A stretch of 64,000 nucleotides of DNA. Origin: an uncultured bacterium (GTDB lineage: Bacteria > Bacillota_I > Bacilli_A > RFN20 > CAG-826). The notes below the pieces were generated by a model that worked only from the letters and a program-made list of their open reading frames with translations, had not been told where the DNA came from and ran no database searches. The translations under genes and the position numbers were made by a program. The DNA lies in assembly GCA_949291375.1 (NCBI GenBank), contig CASEVI010000001.1:68980-132979 (forward strand), in the 5' to 3' direction. Shown here piece after piece: positions 47,816-58,257 of the stretch. Position 1 is the first letter of the stretch, and each line of letters begins with the position of its first letter.

Positions 47816-50800
47816 ATGGATATTAAAAAAGGCGAAATAGTTTATTTTGATAACTTTAAATTTGGTATTGTTATATCAACTTTTTCTTCTTACGCAATTA
47901 TTTATTTTCCTTTAGAAAAAAGACCATATAATTTCCCACTTAAAAATATCGATTCTTTAAATAATAAGGAAATTGTTGATAAATTAACGATTTATGATGT
48001 TTTTCATCTATCTTTATTAGATTATTTTTTTGAAAGTAAAATAATTAGCCGCGCTAAAAGCTATGCTAATCCTCAAACAATAAAATTATTAAGTGATAAT
48101 GAACATGAAGTCGAAGCTTCAATTTTAGGAACAGACTCCTACTATACATCAATATCTTTCTATAACAACGTTATTGCTTTTTCCTGTACTTGTCCTTATG
48201 AAAAAGATTGTAAACATTTATACGCTCTTATTTTATTTATAAAGCAAAAACATAAAATTTCTAATTTTATTAAATACGTAAATCAAGGCTATCTTACTCT
48301 TCAAGATACTTTAAATGAAATGGATTCTCTTAGTATTTTTTCTTCACATAATAAAAATAAAAATCTAGAGAATGAAAATAAATATTTTAAAAAAACTAAA
48401 GAGTTTATAAAAGATATTAATAAATTAAACAATAAAATCAAAATTTATCAAGAAATAGAAAAATTTATTGAGCTTAATAACGATTTAGAAATTATTGATT
48501 TAATAAAATTTATTTATAATGAAAATAACTCTTTTTATTTTAAAAGTAATGATTCAGTGTTAACTTTAAAATATTTTGCTTCTTATAATAAAGATGTTTT
48601 AGAAATCATTAATCAAAATATTAAAAATACCAATGATAAAGAATTATCGTTAATTAAAGAAAAATTATATCCTTTAAATGACATTGATATTACCCTAGAA
48701 AAACATAACTTAAATAATTCACTTTTATATTCTCTTTTTAATAACAATTATAAAAAACTTCAATTAGTTATTGATGAAATGAGCAATTTTAAATTCCAAT
48801 TAAAAGACTTTTATGTTCCATTTTTATATTATTCATTACAATTTATTAATATAAATGAGAATAATTTTGATTATTTATTAGATATTTCAAACTCCTCATC
48901 ATTAGTTATTCTTTATTCTTCTTTAAAAGATGAAATTTATAAAAATAGAGTTTTAGCTAAATTAATTAAAGAAAAGAATTTTGATTATAAAGATTATTTA
49001 GAATATTTTGATTTAAAAACAATAAAAAAATTATTTGATTTAAGTTTATATAATGAAACGACACTTAATTTAATATCCTCTTTTGCTAAAAAGTTAATAG
49101 AACAAGATGAAATATTATTTTTATTAAAGAAATTTTATGAAGTTTTTACTTCTTTTAATGGTTTTGCTTCTTATGATGCGAGAACAAAATTATATTTTCT
49201 TTTATCTGGAAAAAACCCATATTTATCTTTTTTATTAGATTCTTATAATAAAGATGCCGATGATTTTGAAATTAAAAGTTTAAAAAGATATTTTAATAAT
49301 ATAAAAGCATTTGAACTACCTAAAAGTTTTGACGATTATTTTGAAGTGAATTATGAAATAAGTGATGGAATATTCCATATTTATGCAAAAATTAAAACTA
49401 GTGAAATAAAAGTTTTTGATTTAGCAATTGAAGGTACAAGAGCTTATTATCGTTCAGAATTTTCTTCTCGCCATATCTCAAATGAAATTATTTCCTATTT
49501 TAAAAACAAATATGAAGATCTTTTACCTTCGATTTTAGAAGAATTCAATAAAATCAATTCTTCTAAAATCATTGAACAAGAGAATGAAAAATTTATATTT
49601 AATTTACATATTCTTTATGATCAATATTCTTTAAAAAATAGTTTAAAAAATAAGGTAAAATTAATTCCTGAATATAATAAAAATCATGATTTTTATCAAT
49701 TAAAGATTGGTATAAATAACTTTTATTCAATAAAAAGTGTAGCAAGATTTTTAAGATATATAATAAATGAAAGCGACCATAAATATGGCAAAAATTTAGA
49801 ATTTATTCATTCGATTAATAATTTTGATGAAAAAGCTCAAGATTTAATCCACTACTTACTTTTAAAGCAAGATTTACTTTATGATTCTACTTTTATTGAT
49901 TTAGATGATCTTGATTATTTTTATAAAATAAAAGGTTCATTAATATTAATCGATAATATTTTTTATACCTTAAGACTAGAATCATTAAACATTAAAATTA
50001 AAATAAATGATAAAGGTGAATTAAAAATGGATGAATTGCCTTCAAACTATAAAGTATTTAGATCTAATTATCCTTTTTTAATTAATGAAATTGATAAAAC
50101 AATCGATGTTTATACAGATAATCAATTAATTAATTCTTTAATTTCTTTAATTAATGAAAATCCTTATACAAATATATCCAATTTTTTTGATGAATTTAAA
50201 TATAAATTCTATCTTTCTAATGAAAAATATTTTGATATTGATAAAAATATTATATCTAAATTTAAAAAACATAATTTAATAATCGAAAGTTATATTGATT
50301 TAGATGACAATATCTTAAAAATATCATCTAAATATATTAAAAATAATATTGAACTTTATGATTTAAGTTTATTAAATGAAAACGATAAATATTTGCTTTC
50401 TTTTTATAAAAAAATAATTAATGAATATGGATTTAATAATGGAATAATGGAAGATTCTCATTTAATTTGGAATTTTTTAAATAGTGAATTAAATGATTTA
50501 AAAGAAATATCTCAAATTTATTTTAGTCATTCAATTTTATCTAAAAAAATATATCAATTTAAAAAACCAGGATTAAAAATTAAATATCAATCTAATTTAT
50601 TAGATATATTTATGGAAGATAGTAAATATAGTGATGAAGAATTATTAGAAATTTTCGCTTCTATAAAAAAGAAAAAATCATTTATTTTAATTAATAATGA
50701 ATTTATTGGCTTAGAAAACAATGATGCAACCTCTTTTAAAAACGAAGTTGAAGATTTTAATTTAATCTCTAATAAAGTAATAGAAAAAAATAAAGAATTA

Positions 50801-52300
50801 CCTCTTTATTATGCTTTTAAAAATATTGAATTTTTAGAAGATAAAAATAATGATGTTATTGAAAAACTTTATCAAGATATTAAAAACTTTAAATCTAAAA
50901 ATTATGAGGTTCCTAATGTAATAAAAGCTAATTTAAGAGATTATCAAAAAGAAGGATATTATTGGTTAAAAGTATTATATAAATATAATTTAGGTGGAAT
51001 TTTAGCTGATGATATGGGTTTAGGTAAAACGCTAGAAATCATTACTTTTATTGCTTCTTTATCTATTTCTTCTCCAATATTAATTGTGACTCCTACTTCT
51101 TTAATTTATAACTGGATAAATGAATTTTATAATTTTGACGATGAAAAGATTGATATTATTCCAATTTATGGAAATATAAATGAAAGAGAAAAAATAATTA
51201 ATAAAATAAAATCTAATAAAAAGACTATTTTTATAACAAGCTATGAAAGTTTAAGAAACGATATTGAAAAATATGAAAATAAAGAATTTGAAATAATAAT
51301 TTTAGATGAAGCTCAATTTATAAAAAATGTCGATGCTTTAAAAACTAAATCCGTTAAAAAAATTAAAGCTAAAAATAAATTTGTTTTAACAGGTACCCCA
51401 ATTGAAAATAGTATTATTGATTTATGGTCAATATTTGATTTTTTAATGCCAAATTTTCTTCCTCCATTAACTGAATTTAAGTCTAATTATGAAAGTGATG
51501 AAAATTATAAAAACGAAATAAAAAGAAAAATTACCCCATTCATTTTAAGAAGAAATAAGAATGATGTTTTAAAAGATTTACCTGAAAAATATGAAGTTTT
51601 ATTAACTTGCGAAATGAATAATGAGCAACAAAAGATTTATGATGCTGAAATTTTTAAAGCTAGAGAAAAAATGAATACATCTACAAATACTTTTGATATT
51701 CTTCCAACCTTAACAAGATTAAGACAAATTTGTATTGATCCATCTTTATATATAGATAAATACGAGGGTGGAAGTGAAAAAATAAATACTTTAATTAATT
51801 GTATAAAGGAAGAATTATCTTTAAATAATAAAATTTTAGTATTTTCTCAATTTGTTGGGGCTTTAAATATAATAAAAAATAGATTAGATAAAGAAAAAAT
51901 CACCTATGGAATCATAAAAGGCGATACAAAGTCTCAAGAAAGATTAAAAATAGCCCAAGATTTTAATTTTAATGATGCTTACGATGTCTTACTTGTTTCT
52001 TTAAAAGCAGGCGGAACAGGTTTAAATTTAATTGGAGCAAATGTTGTTATTCACCTAGATCCATGGTGGAATTATGCAATCGAAGAACAAGCTAGTGATA
52101 GAGTTTATAGAATTGGCCAAACTAGAAACGTCAAAGTTTTAAAATTAATTGTTAGAGATTCCATTGAACAACGTGTTTTAGAATTACAAAAACATAAAAA
52201 AGAAGTCGCAAATTCTATTATTTCAAATGATGACTCTTCAATTACAAATCTTAAAAAGGAAGATATCCTATTTATACTAGGAAAAAATAAATCTAATTAA
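47816..52300 (+). CDS. SWIM zinc finger + SNF2 family helicase/ATPase
   Basis: SWIM CTCPYEKDCKH, LRDYQ, ILADDMGLGKT, DEAQ, TGTPIEN, LRQIC, SLKAGGTGLNL, DRVYRIGQ. Confidence 0.95.
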   Translation: MDIKKGEIVYFDNFKFGIVISTFSSYAIIYFPLEKRPYNFPLKNIDSLNNKEIVDKLTIYDVFHLSLLDYFFESKIISRAKSYANPQTIKLLSDNEHEVEASILGTDSYYTSISFYNNVIAFSCTCPYEKDCKHLYALILFIKQKHKISNFIKYVNQGYLTLQDTLNEMDSLSIFSSHNKNKNLENENKYFKKTKEFIKDINKLNNKIKIYQEIEKFIELNNDLEIIDLIKFIYNENNSFYFKSNDSVLTLKYFASYNKDVLEIINQNIKNTNDKELSLIKEKLYPLNDIDITLEKHNLNNSLLYSLFNNNYKKLQLVIDEMSNFKFQLKDFYVPFLYYSLQFININENNFDYLLDISNSSSLVILYSSLKDEIYKNRVLAKLIKEKNFDYKDYLEYFDLKTIKKLFDLSLYNETTLNLISSFAKKLIEQDEILFLLKKFYEVFTSFNGFASYDARTKLYFLLSGKNPYLSFLLDSYNKDADDFEIKSLKRYFNNIKAFELPKSFDDYFEVNYEISDGIFHIYAKIKTSEIKVFDLAIEGTRAYYRSEFSSRHISNEIISYFKNKYEDLLPSILEEFNKINSSKIIEQENEKFIFNLHILYDQYSLKNSLKNKVKLIPEYNKNHDFYQLKIGINNFYSIKSVARFLRYIINESDHKYGKNLEFIHSINNFDEKAQDLIHYLLLKQDLLYDSTFIDLDDLDYFYKIKGSLILIDNIFYTLRLESLNIKIKINDKGELKMDELPSNYKVFRSNYPFLINEIDKTIDVYTDNQLINSLISLINENPYTNISNFFDEFKYKFYLSNEKYFDIDKNIISKFKKHNLIIESYIDLDDNILKISSKYIKNNIELYDLSLLNENDKYLLSFYKKIINEYGFNNGIMEDSHLIWNFLNSELNDLKEISQIYFSHSILSKKIYQFKKPGLKIKYQSNLLDIFMEDSKYSDEELLEIFASIKKKKSFILINNEFIGLENNDATSFKNEVEDFNLISNKVIEKNKELPLYYAFKNIEFLEDKNNDVIEKLYQDIKNFKSKNYEVPNVIKANLRDYQKEGYYWLKVLYKYNLGGILADDMGLGKTLEIITFIASLSISSPILIVTPTSLIYNWINEFYNFDDEKIDIIPIYGNINEREKIINKIKSNKKTIFITSYESLRNDIEKYENKEFEIIILDEAQFIKNVDALKTKSVKKIKAKNKFVLTGTPIENSIIDLWSIFDFLMPNFLPPLTEFKSNYESDENYKNEIKRKITPFILRRNKNDVLKDLPEKYEVLLTCEMNNEQQKIYDAEIFKAREKMNTSTNTFDILPTLTRLRQICIDPSLYIDKYEGGSEKINTLINCIKEELSLNNKILVFSQFVGALNIIKNRLDKEKITYGIIKGDTKSQERLKIAQDFNFNDAYDVLLVSLKAGGTGLNLIGANVVIHLDPWWNYAIEEQASDRVYRIGQTRNVKVLKLIVRDSIEQRVLELQKHKKEVANSIISNDDSSITNLKKEDILFILGKNKSN

Positions 52301-52434
52301 AAATTTCTAAAAAGGTTATTTTAATTAATTAAAAAATAATAAATGTAAAGAAAACTTTACATGTTTTAACATCTTTTTTCTTTACAAAAATTAAATTCAA
52401 TTTATGATTTTAAGTATTGATGGAGGAAAAATAA

Positions 52435-53841
52435 ATGATAAGTAAGAAATTAGCTGTCGAAATTTTAAATGAAGCTACTTCTACTGGCGCAGACTTTGCT
52501 GAAATCTATTATGAAGATACCCTTGTTAAAAATATTTCTTTAGAAAATGAAAAAGTAGAGGGAGTAGATAGCAATGTTATTAACGGCGTTGGAGTCAGAT
52601 TATTAAAAGAAAATAGGAGTGTTTATGGTTATACCAATGACCTTACAAAAAAAGGATTATTAAAACTCGTTGCTTCCTTAAAAGCATCTTTTACAGGAGA
52701 AAGAATTTTAGAACCTTTAACCACTTTAAAAAAAATAAGAGTTAAAGATATTCATAAAGTAGAAATTCCACTCGAAAGTGTTGATAATCAAGAAATTATT
52801 AATTATTTAAAAAAAGCATCAACAATTATTTCTTCATACGATAAACGTATAACAAGAGTTAATGCTGGCTTTGCTATTACTCATAATGATGTTTCAATTT
52901 TTAATAGTGAAGGAAAATGTTGGAATACTACTCGTATTTATGGACGTTTAGCTTTAGCAAGTGTTGCTAGTGAAAATGGAAAAATTGAGACAAGATTTGA
53001 TGGACCAGGTACTCAAGCAGGTTGGGAATTCTTTTCAAAAACACTTAATATTGATAAACTTGCAAAAGAACATGCGGAAAAATTAATTTTAATGCTAGGT
53101 GCCAAAGAATGTCCATCAGGAAAATTCCCAGTTGTAATTGGAAATGGTTGGGGTGGAGTTATTTTCCACGAAGCTTGCGGTCACCAATTAGAGGCAACTT
53201 CAGTTGCTAAAGGATTATCTGTCTTCTCAGGAATGAAAGGTCAAGTTATCGCTAATCCAATAGTTAGTGCTTACGATGATGGTTCATTACCAAATGAATG
53301 GGGATCAAATTCACTAGATGATGAAGGCAATATTCCTCAAAAGAACGAATTAATTAAAGATGGCGTTTTAACCGGATATTTAGTTGATAACTTCAATGGC
53401 AGAAGAATGGGAGAAAAAGGAAATGGCGCTTGTCGAAGACAATCATATAAATTTGAGCCTACTTCTAGAATGTCCAACACTTATATTGCTCCAGGAAAAA
53501 GCACACCAGATGAAATTATAAAAGCTACAAAACTTGGACTTTATGCAGTAAGTTTTGGTGGAGGAAGCGTTAATCCTTCCACAGGTGATTTCAACTTTGG
53601 TTGTAGTGAAGCATATATTATTAAAGATGGTAAAATTCTTTGCCCAGTTAGAGGCGCAACATTAGTTGGTAATGCTCGTGATATATTAAAACATATTGAT
53701 ATGATTGCTAATGATGGTGGTTTTGGACAAGGAATGTGTGGTTCTGTTTCTGGATTAATTCCAGTAAATGTTGGTCAACCAACTATTAGAGTTGATGAAA
53801 TTGTTGTCGGAGGAAGAGGAGGATCAATCAATGAATTCTAA
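52435..53841 (+). CDS. tldD: TldD family metalloprotease subunit
   Basis: GVIFHEACGHQLE (HExxxH), DDEG, RMSNTYI, GQGMCG. Confidence 0.92.
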   Translation: MISKKLAVEILNEATSTGADFAEIYYEDTLVKNISLENEKVEGVDSNVINGVGVRLLKENRSVYGYTNDLTKKGLLKLVASLKASFTGERILEPLTTLKKIRVKDIHKVEIPLESVDNQEIINYLKKASTIISSYDKRITRVNAGFAITHNDVSIFNSEGKCWNTTRIYGRLALASVASENGKIETRFDGPGTQAGWEFFSKTLNIDKLAKEHAEKLILMLGAKECPSGKFPVVIGNGWGGVIFHEACGHQLEATSVAKGLSVFSGMKGQVIANPIVSAYDDGSLPNEWGSNSLDDEGNIPQKNELIKDGVLTGYLVDNFNGRRMGEKGNGACRRQSYKFEPTSRMSNTYIAPGKSTPDEIIKATKLGLYAVSFGGGSVNPSTGDFNFGCSEAYIIKDGKILCPVRGATLVGNARDILKHIDMIANDGGFGQGMCGSVSGLIPVNVGQPTIRVDEIVVGGRGGSINEF

Positions 53842-55147
53842 AAAATTTATTAAACTTGCTAGTGAAGACGGTTTAGAAGCAAGTGAAATTGTTATTACAA
53901 AAAATACTAACTTCTCATTCTCATTATTCCATTCCGAAATTGATTCATATTCAGTTTCTACAACCTCAAAAATTTTAGCTCGTGGTATTTTTAATGGCAA
54001 AATTGGAACTGCTACAACTGAAAAAGACGATACAACTACTGCTTCTTTTTTAATTGATACTATTAAAACTGCTGCGTCATTAAATGAAAAAGAAGAAAAA
54101 CCTATTATTTTTGAAGGTAGTAAAAAATATCATAAGAAAAATGTTTACTCTAAAGCATTAGAAGAATGGAAAGCTGAAGATAAAATCTCTCTTTTACATA
54201 AATTAGAAGAAAAATTAAAGAACTTAGATTCTAGAGTTAGCGAAGTTCAAGTTGAATATAGTGAAAATTCAAGTGAAGAAAGTTTCTCTAATTCTTATGG
54301 ATTAAATCTTAAAAATAAAGGCAACTATTTCTATATTTATGGAAACGTTGTCGTTAAAGATGGCGATGAAATAAAATCTAATGGAGATATTTTCTTAGAT
54401 TCAGATCCTGCTAAATTTGATTTAGATAAATTTGCAACAAAGATTGTTGAAGATACTATTTCTCTTTTACATGGAACTCCTATTAAAAATAAAAAATATA
54501 AAGCGATTTTATCTCCAGATGTAGTTTCTTCATTATTAAATGCCCTTTTAAGTTCATGCAGTGCTGAAAGTGTTCAAAAACATTCTTCGTTACTAGAAGG
54601 TAAACTTAATACTCAAGTTTTATCTAAAAAGATTACAATTGATGAAAAGCCATTAACAAAAAATTGTTTCTTTACATACTTTGATGATGAAGGTGTAGCT
54701 TGTACAAATAAACGTGTTTTTGATAAAGGTGTATTAAAAACATATTTCTATAATCTTGAAACTGCTGCTAAGGATGGAGTTGAATCTACTGGAAATGCCT
54801 CAAGAAGTGGCTCAAAGATGGGAATTTCTTTCTCAAATATCGTCTTAAAACCAGGAAAATTAACTCAGGAAGAATTATTTGCTAAGATTAAAAATGGTGT
54901 ATATATCACTGATATAAGTGGTTTACATGCTGGACTTAATCCTCAAAGTGGAGATTTCTCACTTCAAAGCGAAGGATATCATGTCATAGATGGTAAAAAA
55001 GCTGGTCCTTTAACATTAATTACAATTGCTGGAAACTTATTTAAAGTATTTAATGATGTAATTGCTCTTGGAAATGATCATAAACTTACACTTTCTTCAA
55101 ATGATGTTCCTTCTATAGCTGTAAAAAATATTGCAGTTAATAGTTAA
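53831..55147 (+). CDS. pmbA: PmbA/TldE family protein
   Basis: TldD paralog without HExxxH, FDDEG, STGNA, SGDFS, TIAGN. Start moved to ATG 53831, overlapping the tldD end. Confidence 0.88.
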   Translation: MNSKKFIKLASEDGLEASEIVITKNTNFSFSLFHSEIDSYSVSTTSKILARGIFNGKIGTATTEKDDTTTASFLIDTIKTAASLNEKEEKPIIFEGSKKYHKKNVYSKALEEWKAEDKISLLHKLEEKLKNLDSRVSEVQVEYSENSSEESFSNSYGLNLKNKGNYFYIYGNVVVKDGDEIKSNGDIFLDSDPAKFDLDKFATKIVEDTISLLHGTPIKNKKYKAILSPDVVSSLLNALLSSCSAESVQKHSSLLEGKLNTQVLSKKITIDEKPLTKNCFFTYFDDEGVACTNKRVFDKGVLKTYFYNLETAAKDGVESTGNASRSGSKMGISFSNIVLKPGKLTQEELFAKIKNGVYITDISGLHAGLNPQSGDFSLQSEGYHVIDGKKAGPLTLITIAGNLFKVFNDVIALGNDHKLTLSSNDVPSIAVKNIAVNS

Positions 55148-55178
55148 TTTTCTTTAAATTATTTATTCCTTAATATAA

Positions 55179-55216
55179 AAAACCTCTTATTCTTAAAAAT
55201 GAGAATAAGAGGTTTT
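55179..55216. terminator. Bidirectional terminator
   Basis: AAAACCTCTTATTCT / AGAATAAGAGGTTTT inverted repeat between convergent genes. Confidence 0.8.
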
Positions 55217-55236
55217 AATTTTAATAAACAAATAGA

Positions 55237-56106
55237 TTATTTATGTAATATATATAAAATTCCTATTGTTTTCGGACCACAATGAGAAGAAATAACACTT
55301 CCAGCTCTAGTAATATGAATATTTGAAGGATCTACATAATTTTTAATCTTTTCATAAACATATTCTTCTATTCCATCCATTCTTCCACTATGAGTAATAA
55401 ATATATTAGAAGTGTCAATATTTGGCAAATCTTTCATAAATTCCTCAATTTGTAAATCAACTGCTTTTGCATATTTTCCACGTGGAACCTTATAAACAGT
55501 TAAATTACCATCAATTACTTTAGCAATTGGATGGATAGATAAAAGATTAGCAAATAATTTGGTCATTCCTGAACATCTTCCACCTTTATATAAATAATCT
55601 AGTTGATCAATACAAAATTTAGCGCTAACATGAGGGACGAGTTCTCTAACCTTTCTGGCAATTTCATGAACATCATCGCCTTCATCTCTAAACTTACACA
55701 TTTTTAAAACAAGTAAACCAGATCCAGTAGATAAATTTTTACTATCGACTACTTCAATTCTTCCTTCTGGAAATTCTTTTGCAGCAAGTAAAGCATTATT
55801 ATATGAAGAAGATAATCCAGAACCAATTCCGGTATAAATTACATCATATCCATCTTCGATATACTTTTTAAAATCATCGATGAATTCGCCAATATTTCTT
55901 GCTCCCGTTTTTGGTGTTTTACCCGTTTCTTCAACACGTTTATAAATTTCATCTGGAAAAAGATTAACGCCATCAAGATAATCTCTTTCATCACCTGGAA
56001 TTGTGACATGGAGAGGAACGACTTTAATATCATTTTTCTTAATCAGTTCATCACCTAAATCACATGTGGAGTCACACATTACTATTATTTTATTCATTTT
56101 TATCAC
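55237..56106 (-). CDS. DegV family fatty-acid-binding protein
   Basis: CDSTCDL, IGSGLSSSY, DSKNLSTG, LYKGGR, SSHCGP. Confidence 0.93.
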   Translation of the reverse strand: MIKMNKIIVMCDSTCDLGDELIKKNDIKVVPLHVTIPGDERDYLDGVNLFPDEIYKRVEETGKTPKTGARNIGEFIDDFKKYIEDGYDVIYTGIGSGLSSSYNNALLAAKEFPEGRIEVVDSKNLSTGSGLLVLKMCKFRDEGDDVHEIARKVRELVPHVSAKFCIDQLDYLYKGGRCSGMTKLFANLLSIHPIAKVIDGNLTVYKVPRGKYAKAVDLQIEEFMKDLPNIDTSNIFITHSGRMDGIEEYVYEKIKNYVDPSNIHITRAGSVISSHCGPKTIGILYILHK

Positions 56107-56238
56107 TCCTAAAAAGCAAATATATTACTTATTATAATTTAGTAAAAAGTTAATTAAAATAAGAAAATTGTTAAATTAATTAAAATTTTTATAGTTTTTA
56201 CTTGATTATTAGTTTATTATATCTCACGAGGAGTATTT

Positions 56239-56952
56239 ATGAAAAAGAACAAAGCTAAATCTTTATGGAAAGATTTTAAAGCTTTCGTAGCTAGAGGAAA
56301 TGTCCTTGATATGGCTACTGGTGTTGTTATTGGTGGTGCTTTCAATGCAATCGTTACAGCATTAGTTAATATTTTACTCTCAGTTTGTACTTGGGCTGTT
56401 CCAGGTGGATTAAGCGGTTTAATTACTGTCCTTCCAGCTGTTACAAGTGCTCAACAAGGTATGAATAATGCTCTTGGTTTAGGTCAAACTTTTGACAAAG
56501 CTATGTTACAAGAATTAGCTGAAAAATTAGCAAATGCTACTTATTCTGCTGAAGAAGTCACTCCATCTGTTATTGAAACAGTTAAATCTTCAATTACTTC
56601 TAACTATACTTTATATGGTCAAACTTATGCTTATAATCAAGCTGCAGTTATTAACTGGGGAGCATTTATTAACGCAATTATTTCATTCTTAATTATTGCA
56701 TTAACATTATTTATTATTATTAAAGTATTCACTTATCTTTCTAACAAGAGCAAAGAATTTGAAGCAAGACTTCAAGAACAATATTACCTTGCTCATCCAG
56801 AAGAAAGACCAGTACCTCCTGCTCCAGGTGCTCCTTCTTTAAAGGAAGTTGATTTACTTGTTCAAATTAGAGATGAATTAAGAAAACAAAATCCTCCTAA
56901 AGTAGAAGAAAAACCATTACCTCCAAATGATGAAGGTAATAAACCTGAATAA
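56239..56952 (+). CDS. mscL: Large-conductance mechanosensitive channel with extended loop
   Basis: FKAFVARGNVLDMATGVVIGGAF (TM1), NWGAFINAIISFLII (TM2), LLVQIRDEL. Confidence 0.9.
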   Translation: MKKNKAKSLWKDFKAFVARGNVLDMATGVVIGGAFNAIVTALVNILLSVCTWAVPGGLSGLITVLPAVTSAQQGMNNALGLGQTFDKAMLQELAEKLANATYSAEEVTPSVIETVKSSITSNYTLYGQTYAYNQAAVINWGAFINAIISFLIIALTLFIIIKVFTYLSNKSKEFEARLQEQYYLAHPEERPVPPAPGAPSLKEVDLLVQIRDELRKQNPPKVEEKPLPPNDEGNKPE

Positions 56953-56971
56953 TTGCTTTAAAATTAAAAAT

Positions 56972-56998
56972 AAAAAGTCCGAATAAATCGGGCTTTTT
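56972..56998. terminator. Bidirectional terminator
   Basis: AAAAAGTCCGA / TCGGGCTTTTT hairpin. Confidence 0.75.
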
Positions 56999-57001
56999 AT
57001 T

Positions 57002-58123
57002 TTAATTGTTTGTATTATTCTTATTTATAACATCGCTTTCAAATAACTGTTTATCTTTTTCTTTAAAAGTAGATACTTCATTTTTATAAACTTTTAAATA
57101 TTTAATTGATGTTTCTTCAATTAATGATTCAGCTTTTTCAATCTTAGTTAAATAAAGATTATATGTTCTTAAAGTTAAAAGAGAATTATTTTTCTTTAAA
57201 TAATTAGTTGCACTATCATCAAATTCTTCAAAATATTTTTTTGCTTCATCTAATTTATCTTCTTTTAAAAGTAAATATAAATACCACATTTTAGCTTTTA
57301 AAATAGTTTCATTACTTACTTTAGAAGTAGTATTAATAATGTTATTTACTAAAGTAAAAGAAGAATTAAAATCATTATTTTCTAAATAATTATAAATAGA
57401 AAGGAAATTTACATCAGCTGTATAATCGGTAATTTCGTCAAAAACTTTATAGTTTTTAGAATCTTTATTAAGTAAAATATCACCTTCAATTTGTAAACGA
57501 GTATTATATGCTTCAACATTTATTTTTTTAGCCAATAAAGTATAACGATATCCATCAGTTGTAGCATCAAGTTTAAAAGGAATGTAATTATAAAGAATAA
57601 ATAACCCACCAACTGTTGCAATTAAAACAATTGCATATTTAATAAATGCAAAGGATGAATCATCACTTATAAACATAAATGAAAGATAAAGTGCTAAAAA
57701 TTCAAATAAAATTAAAATAAATGGAAAAACAATATAAGCAACAGGATTATGTTTTTCTTTTTTTGTTGATGGTAATATCTTTGTTTCGCCTGCTAAACCA
57801 TCAAAACTTTTAAATCCAACTTTTGTTTTTAATTTATCATTTATTAAAGCTTTATAAAAACATAAACCAAAAACATTAAATGATAAGATATTATATCCAC
57901 CAATTTTAGCCCCTAAAACGTGACCAACTTCAACAAATATAACATTTATTAAAACTCCAATAATTAAAGAAATAATTACAAAACCATAAATTGCTGAAGA
58001 ATTGTTTCCTAAACTTGCTAAAATTGCTTCACTATTAGCTGAAATTATAAAATAACCAACAATAACTACAATTACTAGCATTACTAAGTAGACTAATGTT
58101 GATATTACATCTTCTTTTTTCAT
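57002..58123 (-). CDS. M50 (site-2 protease)-like membrane protein lacking the first Zn ligand
   Basis: VEVGH where HExGH is expected, NYIP....TTDG motif, helical C-terminal domain. Confidence 0.65.
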   Translation of the reverse strand: MKKEDVISTLVYLVMLVIVVIVGYFIISANSEAILASLGNNSSAIYGFVIISLIIGVLINVIFVEVGHVLGAKIGGYNILSFNVFGLCFYKALINDKLKTKVGFKSFDGLAGETKILPSTKKEKHNPVAYIVFPFILILFEFLALYLSFMFISDDSSFAFIKYAIVLIATVGGLFILYNYIPFKLDATTDGYRYTLLAKKINVEAYNTRLQIEGDILLNKDSKNYKVFDEITDYTADVNFLSIYNYLENNDFNSSFTLVNNIINTTSKVSNETILKAKMWYLYLLLKEDKLDEAKKYFEEFDDSATNYLKKNNSLLTLRTYNLYLTKIEKAESLIEETSIKYLKVYKNEVSTFKEKDKQLFESDVINKNNTNN

Positions 58124-58257
58124 TTTTCTTCTCTCCTTTTTATATTTTAAGATAATCTTTTTTTATTTTATTAAATAAGATCATCAAACGTGTATCTAAC
58201 TATTTAATAAAAGTCCATTTTTTTAAAAAGAGATAAGACTTAATAATAATATCACAA

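Noticed and set aside
52435-55147. tldD-pmbA as part of a RiPP/microcin system
   Set aside because: No precursor peptide, YcaO or modification genes are adjacent. The pair is widespread on its own.
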